Source: a virus | Taxonomy: Duplodnaviria > Caudoviricetes | Virus record (IMG/VR): IMGVR_UViG_3300017644_000001 | Location: 1 to 58,993 of that record | Length of the DNA stretch: 58,993 bases | Direction: 5' to 3' (one strand) | Part shown: piece after piece, positions 27,865-36,011 of the stretch | Position numbering within the stretch: the first letter of the stretch is position 1 | How the letters are laid out: every line of letters begins with the position of its first letter | The notes under the pieces: generated by a model | The model's database searches: none | What the model was told of the DNA's origin: nothing | The model's input: the letters and a program-made list of their open reading frames with translations, nothing else | Translations under genes and position numbers: made by a program

Positions 27865-28064
27865 CCGAATGCGAAGAAGTCGCCGACTCGATCTGGCGTT
27901 CCCGTTCCGTCACCGACGGCAACGGCCTGAACGCGACGGTGCCGATCCGCTCATACGCCGACGCCGAGCGCGTCGCGCGCCACTATTGCGCCGATCAAGG
28001 CGAACAGATTGTCGCAAACGTCGCGGAAGCCCTCTGGCGGCGGGCACAAAGGTCGCGCGGCTAA
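27861..28064 (+). CDS. Hypothetical protein
   Basis: 67 aa, ATGA-coupled; converges on the PLP enzyme gene. Confidence 0.6.
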   Translation: MTECEEVADSIWRSRSVTDGNGLNATVPIRSYADAERVARHYCADQGEQIVANVAEALWRRAQRSRG

Positions 28065-28774
28065 GGCCGCGCCGGCCCCGTCACATTCCAAAAGACCACG
28101 AGGCCCGCCCCACGGCGGGCCTTTGCCGTCTCCCACGCCTTCGCGTCGTAGTGCGGGTCCGCCGGGAACGGCGGAACGCTGCGCGCTACCTCGGAATACT
28201 TGCGCGGATGCACGATGATCGTGGCACCCGCTACCTCGGCCGGCGCCAGCTTGCGGCCGACCTGCACGGCGAAGCGCCGCGCCTTCGGCCAAGCCTTAGC
28301 GAGCCCGCGGGACAGCACGCCCGATCCGGCAGCGCACCAGACCTCGTCCGGTACAAGCCCGGTCGCCAGTGCAGCCGACGCAATCGCGTCAATCGCTTCC
28401 GGCATATCGACGCCGAACGGCGCTAGCGTCGCGCCGGTCGCGGCGCAATACGCTTTCGCCCGAGCCTGGACCACAGCCAGATAGCCGGGCGTGACCTGAT
28501 AGACCTTCGCGCCGAGCCGCTTCGCCATGAAGGCCCGCGCATGCGGCGCCTTCCGTTTCGCGACGAACAGCGTCGCCCGCTTCCCAAGCTCTCGTGCCGC
28601 CCAGGCTAACGCCGTCTGCGCGCCGCCCTCGGCCGGCGTCGCATAGACGACCTCGTCGGCATGGTCGAACAGCGCGATCATGTAGCGGGCTTTGGTCCCG
28701 CCACCGATCAGGTCGTCGCGGACGACATGGATGCCGTCATGCTCGGTCACCTTCGGTGGCGGCAGCACGATCAC
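28061..28774 (-). CDS. Fold-type II PLP-dependent enzyme (ACC deaminase / D-cysteine desulfhydrase-like)
   Basis: VVRDDL..GGTKAR (Schiff-base Lys), CAAGSGVLSRGL (phosphate loop), DPHYDAKA and VVFWN. Confidence 0.85.
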   Translation of the reverse strand: MIVLPPPKVTEHDGIHVVRDDLIGGGTKARYMIALFDHADEVVYATPAEGGAQTALAWAARELGKRATLFVAKRKAPHARAFMAKRLGAKVYQVTPGYLAVVQARAKAYCAATGATLAPFGVDMPEAIDAIASAALATGLVPDEVWCAAGSGVLSRGLAKAWPKARRFAVQVGRKLAPAEVAGATIIVHPRKYSEVARSVPPFPADPHYDAKAWETAKARRGAGLVVFWNVTGPARP

Positions 28775-29724
28775 AGTTCTTCACCCCACTCCTCGTCGGC
28801 GGCCATCTCGCCGAACTCGACCTCGCCGACCGCCTCGGTCGCCTTGCGCGGATCGCCCTTGCAGAACACCAACACGTTCTGATGCGTCTTACCGAGCTTC
28901 CGCGTCGTCGCGAATTGCTTCCCTGCGCGGATCGGCAGCGATCCGGCGGCGGTCACAAGCACCGCCTCATTGTAAAGCCGCAGTCCGGCCGCCTCGAAGG
29001 CGGCAATCGTGTGCCACGGAAAGCCGTAATACATTCCCTTGGCATCGCGCACGTCGCCCACGACAAAGCAGGCGAAGCGGTCATTCTTCAGCTTCGCGCA
29101 GGAAGCCGCAATGATCTCGTCGTAGGCTTCGCGAAAGTCCGCATATGCCATCGTCGAAAGGTCGCGCGGATCGTCGCTGTAGACCTCAAGATCAGCGTAG
29201 GGCGGGCAGGAAAAGACGAAATCCGCCTCCACATCGAGCGTCGGAACGACCACGCGGCTGTCGCCTACATGCCAGACAGGCATGGGGTCGTCGCAAATGC
29301 GGTCCGCCTGCCAGCGGTTCGCCTCGATTTGCTCAGGGCGCAGGTCCACGCCGGCATATTCGCGGCCGAGCTTCGCGGCGACGATGCCGCGCACGCTCCC
29401 GCCAGCGAAGGGATCGAGGACAAGCCCGCCGGGCGGACAGAACCAGCGATAGGAAAGCTCGCAAAGCACCGGGTCGAAGATCGAGGTTCCCGACGCGGGA
29501 ACAGATATTCCTTCTCCAAACTCCCCGTACGTCAGGCCGGCCGGTGTAACGCCCTGCAATTTCGCGCGGTTCGCCGCCATCTTCTCGTTCAATGCTTTCC
29601 AGCCGCCGCCGCCGCCTCCGGCTGGCTCGGCATTGGCCCGGCGCTTGCGCTTGCCCTCGCCGACGACATGCTCGCCGCGCATCAAGTCCTGCCCGAAGGT
29701 GCGGGCGTAGCCGTTCTTTGCCAT
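28771..29724 (-). CDS. SAM-dependent amino-methyltransferase-fold DNA modification enzyme (CPPY variant)
   Basis: Motif I VLDPFAGGSVRG, GVDLR, GDS, motif IV FSCPPY and HQNVLVF. Confidence 0.85.
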   Translation of the reverse strand: MAKNGYARTFGQDLMRGEHVVGEGKRKRRANAEPAGGGGGGWKALNEKMAANRAKLQGVTPAGLTYGEFGEGISVPASGTSIFDPVLCELSYRWFCPPGGLVLDPFAGGSVRGIVAAKLGREYAGVDLRPEQIEANRWQADRICDDPMPVWHVGDSRVVVPTLDVEADFVFSCPPYADLEVYSDDPRDLSTMAYADFREAYDEIIAASCAKLKNDRFACFVVGDVRDAKGMYYGFPWHTIAAFEAAGLRLYNEAVLVTAAGSLPIRAGKQFATTRKLGKTHQNVLVFCKGDPRKATEAVGEVEFGEMAADEEWGEEL

Positions 29725-30446
29725 CACGCCACCGCCCTACCGCGTCCGTCGCCGCGCGCCTTCGTCTTGCTGTAGTCGGCGGACGGTAACGGGGAACCGC
29801 CCGGCACGGCATTCGCTTTCCTGTCCATAGGCATCGGCGAGCCGCCTATAGGAGCGCCACGTCCAAGCTCAGACTGAATCCCGAGCGCCAGCCATGCGCG
29901 CTTGCGATCCTGCCACCACCCCTCACGGGCGTTGAGGATCGAGAACGGCGGGATGCCAAACCGCTCGGCCAGCTTGGCGTTGCCGCCACCGCCGGTGCTG
30001 ATGCTGGCACCGGCTTCGAGCAGCTTCGCGATAGCGGCCTCGTCGAAGCCGGTCACGGTCAGGTCGGCGCCAAGTTCTTGCAGTTCGCCGATCTCGATCT
30101 TGAGCAGATCGTCGTCCCAGGTCGAAAGCTCAGCCAGCCGGTTGTCCGCGATCCGGTAAGACCGCTTCTGCTCCTCGGACCAGCCCGTCGCCACCGCCAC
30201 CGGGACCTCGGTCAACCCGAGCCGATGCGCGGCCAGGACGCGGCCGTGCCCGGCGATGATCTCGCCGGCGTCATCGACCAGGATCGGCATGGTCCAGCCG
30301 TACTCCTGGATCAGCGTCGCAAGCTGCGCGACCTGCTCGTCGGAATGCGTCCGGGCGTTCCGTGCATACGGGATCAAGTCGCCGATGGCTCGCGGCTGGA
30401 CCGAGTAGACCGGCCAGGACGCGGCCGTTTTTTCAGCTTGCGGCAT
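29724..30446 (-). CDS. ParB/Srx-domain protein carrying the N-terminal segment usually fused to this methylase family
   Basis: PYARNARTH, GWTMPILVD, IIAGHGR and RIADNRL, then RFGIPPFSILNAREGWWQDRKRAW. Confidence 0.88.
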   Translation of the reverse strand: MPQAEKTAASWPVYSVQPRAIGDLIPYARNARTHSDEQVAQLATLIQEYGWTMPILVDDAGEIIAGHGRVLAAHRLGLTEVPVAVATGWSEEQKRSYRIADNRLAELSTWDDDLLKIEIGELQELGADLTVTGFDEAAIAKLLEAGASISTGGGGNAKLAERFGIPPFSILNAREGWWQDRKRAWLALGIQSELGRGAPIGGSPMPMDRKANAVPGGSPLPSADYSKTKARGDGRGRAVA

Positions 30447-30514
30447 GGTTCCTCCGGGCCTGCCGGCCCAACCAAAACGGAAAAATCGGAAATCGAAAAA
30501 CGCGCAAAAGCCGC

Positions 30515-30572
30515 GGGCGGCGCGCCCGCGCCAGCACCGGGACCGCTGACAGTACCTACGGGGCCGGGGGGG
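30515..30572 (-). promoter_or_regulatory. Candidate cos / packaging initiation region
   Basis: Minus strand CCCCCCC..GGTACT..GCGGGCGCGCCGCCCGC upstream of the ParB-MTase-terminase block. This resembles the arrangement in gpA-terminase phages; inferred from position. Confidence 0.45.
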
Positions 30573-31080
30573 CTTGTGGGTCCGGTCGGCCGTAGAGGGC
30601 GACGCGTCGGGGCTGCGGCGGGCGGGTGTGCGGCGTCGTAGCGGTAGCGGTAGAGAAGGCCATGCGGCAGCGTTGGGCGCGCCAGCGGGCTTGTGTTGGG
30701 GTAGTGCCGTGGCGGGGGCGCCCCGCCCAAGGCGGGGCTCCCGCCCTTGGCTCTATAGGTGCTAGCCCTTACCGGGCCGATGGATGCGGCGTTGGCGGGT
30801 AGCGCCTCGGCCGATGGATTGTTGCTCCTGTTGGCTGCGGTCAGTTCGCCCCGCAGCCGGGCTTCGGCGTCGAAGCCTGCCAAGGTTGGACGCCTCGGAG
30901 CACTCCCTTGCAAAATGGTGCGCGGGTTTCCACCGCCGCTTCCCGTCGCGCCCGACGTCTGGTCCGTTTCTGGCCGGTCCTTACAGCGCCACCCGCTTGG
31001 TCTGCCTACGCCCGTCTCGCGGCTATTGGTCGGGGCGATTGCCGGTGGGTGCCAACCCGATTGCCGGCGCGGCTGGGTAT
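30573..31080 (-). ncRNA. Candidate structured non-coding RNA in the late transcript
   Basis: ~500 nt with no credible ORF and many hairpins, including a four-way junction at 30823-30902 and a long stem at about 30711-30745. Confidence 0.45.
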
Positions 31081-31656
31081 TTAGAAGCCGCGCATGACTG
31101 CGGCGATCTCCTTGCCGACCCGCGCGACGATGCGCGGCGTCGCGGAATAGAACTCGGCAGCGGTCTGGTCCTTGACCATCTCCTTCGGCACGCTTGGGCC
31201 GAAAGCCCGCTGGATCGGTAGGCTCTTTTTCGACAGGCGATGGAAGACCTGACCACCGGCGACCGGCTTCCCCGAGTTGTAGGTGCCGGCGAAGATGAAG
31301 GTGCCCGGAAAGGTCTGACGCTTGCCCCAAACCGTCGCCTTCACCCCGACCTTGAACTGCCGCGCCTTGAACATCTTGAGCGGCAACTCGCGACCCGAAC
31401 CGATGATCGCGACTTCGAGCGCACCGCCCGACGTTGAGGCTTGACGCAGCCGCATCGCCTTCTCGATAGCGGGTCGCGGGATCGACGTCTGCTTCCGCAG
31501 GACGCGCTTCACCGCGACGAACGTTCGGCGTCCCTCGTAGTTGAGCGCGCGCCCCATCGCCTTCTTCGCTTGGCCTGACGACAGCCGCGCAAGGTCGCGG
31601 CCGTATCGCGCCATCACATCGTCGAGCGGACGCAAGACAAGCTGGTCGGTCGCCAC
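31081..31656 (-). CDS. Minor tail protein Z-like (tail completion) protein, first late gene
   Basis: Basic 191 aa with MGRALN, GVKATVWG..FPGTF, VFHR..LPI..FGPSVP. Confidence 0.75.
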   Translation of the reverse strand: MATDQLVLRPLDDVMARYGRDLARLSSGQAKKAMGRALNYEGRRTFVAVKRVLRKQTSIPRPAIEKAMRLRQASTSGGALEVAIIGSGRELPLKMFKARQFKVGVKATVWGKRQTFPGTFIFAGTYNSGKPVAGGQVFHRLSKKSLPIQRAFGPSVPKEMVKDQTAAEFYSATPRIVARVGKEIAAVMRGF

Positions 31657-31933
31657 GGTGCGGGCTCCGGGTTGTCGGGGTGGTAGGTGGCTGATGCCTG
31701 GGAGACGGCCAAACCATTCAACCGCCGGGAGGGCGGGAACGCGGGGCCGTCATCAACACGCGGCACCAGCCACCTCGCGCGAAGGAATGGGGCCGATTTG
31801 TCTCACTTCACAAGGGATTTTTGCAATGTCGCGTTGGTTAAATACAGCGCCAGCATAAATTCTATAAGTCTCTCAATACGTTATCATATTCGCAAATTTG
31901 TGCATTAAAGAGTTGCTCTGTCCCAAAACATCA

Positions 31934-31947
31934 TTGTAAAAATACAA
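31934..31947. promoter_or_regulatory. Operator TTGTA-AAAA-TACAA upstream of the plus-strand accessory operon
   Basis: Perfect match to the palindrome found in the cI/cro region. Confidence 0.75.
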
Positions 31948-31972
31948 CGTTAGATCGCTTATGGATGTTCAC

Positions 31973-32251
31973 ATGATACGGATCGAGATCACGCGACGCC
32001 TGGATTGCAAGACCGGCAAAGGCCGCAACCGCGTCAACCCCACCACAGTCACCCACGAGCCAACGGTCGAAGAAGCCCTCGCGCACGTCCGCGCCATGCG
32101 GATCGCCAGCGAGGAGATCGCGCCCGGCTATATGCCGATGCTTGAGGTGCGGCTCTACGACAACGACGCCTTCCTGCGCTGGGTCGCCAAGGGCGGCCCC
32201 GAGCCTCGCCCCTTCCGCACCCTGACCACCGACGAGATCGCGGCGCTGTAG
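31973..32251 (+). CDS. Hypothetical protein
   Basis: 92 aa (alternative start at 31961), good GC3 bias; first gene after an AT-rich promoter region. Confidence 0.7.
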   Translation: MIRIEITRRLDCKTGKGRNRVNPTTVTHEPTVEEALAHVRAMRIASEEIAPGYMPMLEVRLYDNDAFLRWVAKGGPEPRPFRTLTTDEIAAL

Positions 32252-32289
32252 CGCCGCCCTTCCCTACCCCATCAGCCAAGGAGACGACG

Positions 32290-32748
32290 ATGCAGAACAT
32301 TCACGTCGAAGCATTCAACGATTACCGCGTCGCGCTTTGCTTCGAGGAAGGCGATTGCCGCTTCCACGTGTGGGCAAGCCCTGATCTGACCGACATCGAG
32401 GACGTCCTCTACAAAAACCCGCCGCGCGGCCTGCGCCCAGGCGACGATGGTTATTTCGAGACACGCCGCCTCGACGGCACGAACAAGGCGAACGCGCCGA
32501 AGGTCGCCGCCCTGGTCGCGGCGATCCGCGAAGGCGACATGGTCACCACGGCCAAGCGGAAGATGCTCGCGGACCGCGCCGAAGCCGATGCAAGGGCTAA
32601 GGCCGAGCGCGCCGAAGCGATCCGCGTCGGGCTTGCTGCCGCAATCGGCGGCGGCATGGGCATCTCCTACATCGCCGGCCAGATCGCCGCGCTGACCGAC
32701 GACCAACTCATCACCCTGCAAAACGCAATGAACCGCGGGCCGCAGTAG
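32290..32748 (+). CDS. Hypothetical protein
   Basis: 152 aa, AAGGAG RBS. Confidence 0.75.
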   Translation: MQNIHVEAFNDYRVALCFEEGDCRFHVWASPDLTDIEDVLYKNPPRGLRPGDDGYFETRRLDGTNKANAPKVAALVAAIREGDMVTTAKRKMLADRAEADARAKAERAEAIRVGLAAAIGGGMGISYIAGQIAALTDDQLITLQNAMNRGPQ

Positions 32749-32779
32749 CGGCCTGCCCGATAACCCCAAGGAGCCACAA

Positions 32780-32986
32780 ATGCCAACACTCGACAACAGC
32801 CTTGTTCCGCAGACATGCGAAACGCCCCTCGTCACTATCGCCGCTCTTCGAGCGGCCATTGCCAAAGGAGGCGACAAGACGGGCATCGCCGGGAACACGT
32901 TCGTCTCTGTTGATAGCCGCGTTCTGGCGTGGCTCTGCAACGACGCCGAGGCGCTGAACCACCTCATTACCCGCGTGCACTTCTAA
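32780..32986 (+). CDS. Hypothetical protein
   Basis: 68 aa, AAGGAG RBS. Confidence 0.65.
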   Translation: MPTLDNSLVPQTCETPLVTIAALRAAIAKGGDKTGIAGNTFVSVDSRVLAWLCNDAEALNHLITRVHF

Positions 32987-32994
32987 GGTGGCAA

Positions 32995-33417
32995 ATGCGA
33001 ATTGAAATCGACATTCCCGCCGAGCGGATCGCTGACCTGCTCACGACCGCAATCGAGAGCGGCGATCCCGTCACCACGGCCATGAAGGGCGGATGGTGCG
33101 ACGGCATCCACTGGCGCAGCGCCAAGGCTACGCCGCCGGCAATACTCGACGCTATCGGCCGTCCTGTCCGCTGGTACAGCGCCCCCACGCTGTTCCGCGG
33201 CAAGAAGTGGACACTGCAAATCGTCGAGGTTGACGACGAGGTGCAGGGAACGCGCAAACGCCATCACGTCGGCCCGCGCAACGTCCGGGAAGGCTTCAAG
33301 GTCATGGCGCGGCGGTATCCGAACGAGTTCGCCAAGGTACTCGCCAACGAGATCGACGCCGCCTGCGCCGACATCTGGCTCCAATGCATCCTGTTCGGAG
33401 AGGAGAAATACGCATGA
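32995..33417 (+). CDS. Hypothetical phage protein
   Basis: 140 aa, AAGGTG RBS; ends IDAACADIWLQCILFGEEKYA. Confidence 0.75.
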   Translation: MRIEIDIPAERIADLLTTAIESGDPVTTAMKGGWCDGIHWRSAKATPPAILDAIGRPVRWYSAPTLFRGKKWTLQIVEVDDEVQGTRKRHHVGPRNVREGFKVMARRYPNEFAKVLANEIDAACADIWLQCILFGEEKYA

Positions 33418-33599
33418 GGATACGGCTCTGTTCCTGCGGGTCTGGCGAGGAGCACCGCGCCAACTACGACGCCCGCGGCATCTTCCTAACCTTCACATGC
33501 AGCAAGTGCCACAAACGGAAGATGTCGGGCTTCCGCCCCGAGGTGCTTACCGACCCGAACTACTATGCCGACGAGCCAATCGAGGAGGACAGGTGGTGA
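33414..33599 (+). CDS. Small putative zinc-binding protein
   Basis: 61 aa with CSCGSG...CSKC; GAGGAG RBS; ATGA-coupled. Confidence 0.7.
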   Translation: MRIRLCSCGSGEEHRANYDARGIFLTFTCSKCHKRKMSGFRPEVLTDPNYYADEPIEEDRW

Positions 33600-34012
33600 C
33601 CGAAGCGGATGAGATCGCAACCGGCCTGATCGCGAGGTACGGCAGGCCCACCGTCGCGACGTTCGACGAAGCCCAGGCATGGGTGCTGTCGGTCTGGCCG
33701 ACCGTCAAGGTTTGGATCGGACACCAGCAAATGGACAATGTCATCGAGGCCGTGAGGCGAATGGCAGCGCCGGAAAGGCTATGGTGCGAAAGCTGCGGCG
33801 AAGCCGAGCAGGAAGTCCACAGCGCGCACGCCGGCCTGTGCGGCGATTGCTACGGCAAAACGATCTCCGAAGTGGTGCACAACTACATCGGGGACCACAT
33901 CTGCGGCCATCCGCTCTTTACGAACGGCCGGCTGGTCGCGATCTGCGCCCTGCCGTTTGGGGCCGAGCATGAGCATGGCGTCGTCACGTTCGATCAGAGC
34001 GGTGCATCATGA
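33596..34012 (+). CDS. Cys/His-rich hypothetical protein
   Basis: 138 aa with CESC..CGDC and CGH..C..HEH; GTGA-coupled. Confidence 0.65.
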   Translation: MTEADEIATGLIARYGRPTVATFDEAQAWVLSVWPTVKVWIGHQQMDNVIEAVRRMAAPERLWCESCGEAEQEVHSAHAGLCGDCYGKTISEVVHNYIGDHICGHPLFTNGRLVAICALPFGAEHEHGVVTFDQSGAS

Positions 34013-34119
34013 TCGAGATCGGCTCCTTGATCTTCATCATCACCGCGGTGCTAGGCTGCGCGCTCGCGGCGGTCCCCGAATTGATGGAAGCGGCCGCCGC
34101 GATCCGCGGCGGCCGGTAG
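34009..34119 (+). CDS. Small single-TM peptide
   Basis: 36 aa starting MIEIGSLIFIITAVLGCALAAV; ATGA-coupled. Confidence 0.5.
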   Translation: MIEIGSLIFIITAVLGCALAAVPELMEAAAAIRGGR

Positions 34120-34132
34120 CCGGGAGGGCTCA

Positions 34133-34573
34133 ATGGCTAAGACAGTCCAGATCGCGCTCCTCGCCGACGACGCCGAGCCGATCCTGCGGCGCGCCGCAGA
34201 GGACGCGGCGAAATACGGGGCGTGGCTCGACTACATCACGCGCAAGACGTGGGACGCCCCAGGCCGTGGTGCGGAGTCTCGGGAGAAAGTTCGGAGGGAG
34301 TGGTCCAACAGCTTCCGGCACGCGAAGCGCGTCGTGGAAGCCTTCGGGATCGAGTACGAGCCGACCAGCGAAAGCGAGACGATTGCGATCCACTACCCGC
34401 ACATGGTAGGCGGGCGCTTCGAGAACGTGGCCGGGTTCAGAATGCGGACAGGCGGGGAAACCGACTACAAACGTCCCGAAGCGATTTACCGCCGCTCAGT
34501 ACATGCCGAGGCGTGCCGGCAAGCCGCCAAGCGCGTCGTGCGCCGCTGGCGCGCCGGTGTTGGACACGGCTGA
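34133..34573 (+). CDS. Hypothetical protein
   Basis: 146 aa, GGAGG RBS. Confidence 0.7.
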   Translation: MAKTVQIALLADDAEPILRRAAEDAAKYGAWLDYITRKTWDAPGRGAESREKVRREWSNSFRHAKRVVEAFGIEYEPTSESETIAIHYPHMVGGRFENVAGFRMRTGGETDYKRPEAIYRRSVHAEACRQAAKRVVRRWRAGVGHG

Positions 34574-34607
34574 CCGCCGCCGTATGGTCCCTCCTCTTGG
34601 AGGGACT

Positions 34608-35162
34608 ATGAAGACCACACATCTACTGCTGATCGCGGCCGCGCTCGTTTCGAGCCCGGCCGCTGCCGCGGCCCAGATCATCGGCCACGCTACCGTCATC
34701 GACGGCGACACCATCTCAATCGACGGCAATCGCATCCGGCTTGAGGGCATCGACGCTCCCGAGACGCATCAGGTCTGTCTCGATGAACGCGGTGCCCGTT
34801 GGTCATGCGGCCTTTCCGCTCGTGACGCCCTGGCCGGCCGGATCGCCGGCAACACCGTGACATGCGTCTCGACCGAGCATGACCGCTATCGCCGCGCCCT
34901 GGCGCATTGCTCCACCGACGTCGACCTCAACCGCTTCATGGTGCGAGTGGGCTTCGCCTTGGCCTATGTCCACTATTCGCGCCAGTATCAAGGCGACGAG
35001 GCCGAGGCGCGGAACCGGCAAAAGGGAATGTGGCGGGGCGCTTTCATCGCACCTTGGGATTGGCGGCACCGGAACAAAAAGACCGAAATCTTGGGGGCGC
35101 TGTCGGTCCCGGTCTCGGCGCAAAAACAGCTTCTTAAGCCGGATCGGTCCAGCCGGCGCTAG
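34608..35162 (+). CDS. Secreted thermonuclease (SNase family)
   Basis: Signal peptide; VIDGDTI, IRLEGIDAPE, DRYRRALAHC and A..QKGMW..PWDWR. Confidence 0.92.
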   Translation: MKTTHLLLIAAALVSSPAAAAAQIIGHATVIDGDTISIDGNRIRLEGIDAPETHQVCLDERGARWSCGLSARDALAGRIAGNTVTCVSTEHDRYRRALAHCSTDVDLNRFMVRVGFALAYVHYSRQYQGDEAEARNRQKGMWRGAFIAPWDWRHRNKKTEILGALSVPVSAQKQLLKPDRSSRR

Positions 35163-35203
35163 CCGCCTCGGCGGCTTCGCGCATTGGATCAGCCTCTTGT
35201 ACG

Positions 35204-35629
35204 TCAGGCGCTTCGCATCGCCTCCGCTCTGCCGTACGCCTCGATCCGCTCCAGCACGGCGACGCGCTCGACGGGGTTCATGTCATGCATTCGCTTGGCG
35301 AGCGCCGGCGCCCACGGTTCCTCGGCCTCGGCCACGGCGCTGACCATGTGCTTCCAGGCCAGCGTATCGATGTCGTCGGGCCGGTCGCGCGACACGATCC
35401 GCTCGGTGCTGATCGCGTCCCAGCCGGCCCACAGGATGAGGTCCCAGGCCTCCTGCGGAGCATCGAGGCGCGGCATTGCCGCCTCGGCGACCCGACGCAG
35501 CCGGCTCGCGATCTCGGCCATGCGCGCCGTGATAGGCCGCTCGGTGATACGGCATCCCTCGCGCTCCAGCGCGAGCGGCGCCGGCCGGAAATCAACCGGG
35601 ATGCGGTCGCGGTTGTCGCGCCGGTTCAC
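35204..35629 (-). CDS. Hypothetical protein
   Basis: 141 aa from GTG with an AGAGG RBS; converges on the nuclease gene. Confidence 0.55.
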   Translation of the reverse strand: MNRRDNRDRIPVDFRPAPLALEREGCRITERPITARMAEIASRLRRVAEAAMPRLDAPQEAWDLILWAGWDAISTERIVSRDRPDDIDTLAWKHMVSAVAEAEEPWAPALAKRMHDMNPVERVAVLERIEAYGRAEAMRSA

Positions 35630-35867
35630 GGCTGCTGCCCTCTTACTGGATGGATGGTCGGGACGATGCTGTCGTCGCCGTCCAGCGCGACGGCGATGGG
35701 CAGCATCCACCGCAGCTGGCGCCGGCGCGGAGAGGGGATGAGGTTCATCGCACCATAGCCGCGACGAGGCGCGGGAAGCGCCAGTCGCCAGACACTAGAT
35801 GATATGCGGTCATGATCCCGTCCCCAGAGAATGGCCGGACGGGTCGAGCCCGCCCGGCCGCTGCAAA

Positions 35868-36011
35868 TCAGAGCGTGACCCGCTCGACGGTGACGATCGA
35901 GCGGCCGAGGTATTCCGCCTGGGCGACGTAGCCGCGCTCGGCGACCACCTCGCCGTCGTCGTCGCCCTCCTCGTCGTCCTCGCTGCGGAACCGGGGCGGA
36001 AAGCAGATCAA
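35868..36011 (-). CDS. Small acidic peptide (possible remnant)
   Basis: TTG start overlapping the upstream stop; SEDDEEGDDDGE..EYLGRSIVTVERVTL*. Confidence 0.35.
   Translation of the reverse strand: MICFPPRFRSEDDEEGDDDGEVVAERGYVAQAEYLGRSIVTVERVTL

Noticed and set aside
28061-28774. PLP enzyme as a plant-beneficial ACC deaminase (acdS) auxiliary gene
   Set aside because: At 237 aa it is much shorter than typical AcdS, it lacks the QSN motif, and it is translationally coupled to a DNA-modification gene.
30820-30960. tRNA or HDV-like ribozyme (cloverleaf shape, GGCGAA, an ACCA)
   Set aside because: No TTC-containing T-loop or proper anticodon arm, and the HDV P1/P2 pairings could not be built. 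Kept only as a generic structured RNA.
30374-31717. 447-aa minus-strand ORF across the structured region
   Set aside because: Arg/Pro/Ala low-complexity translation that overlaps two real genes out of frame.
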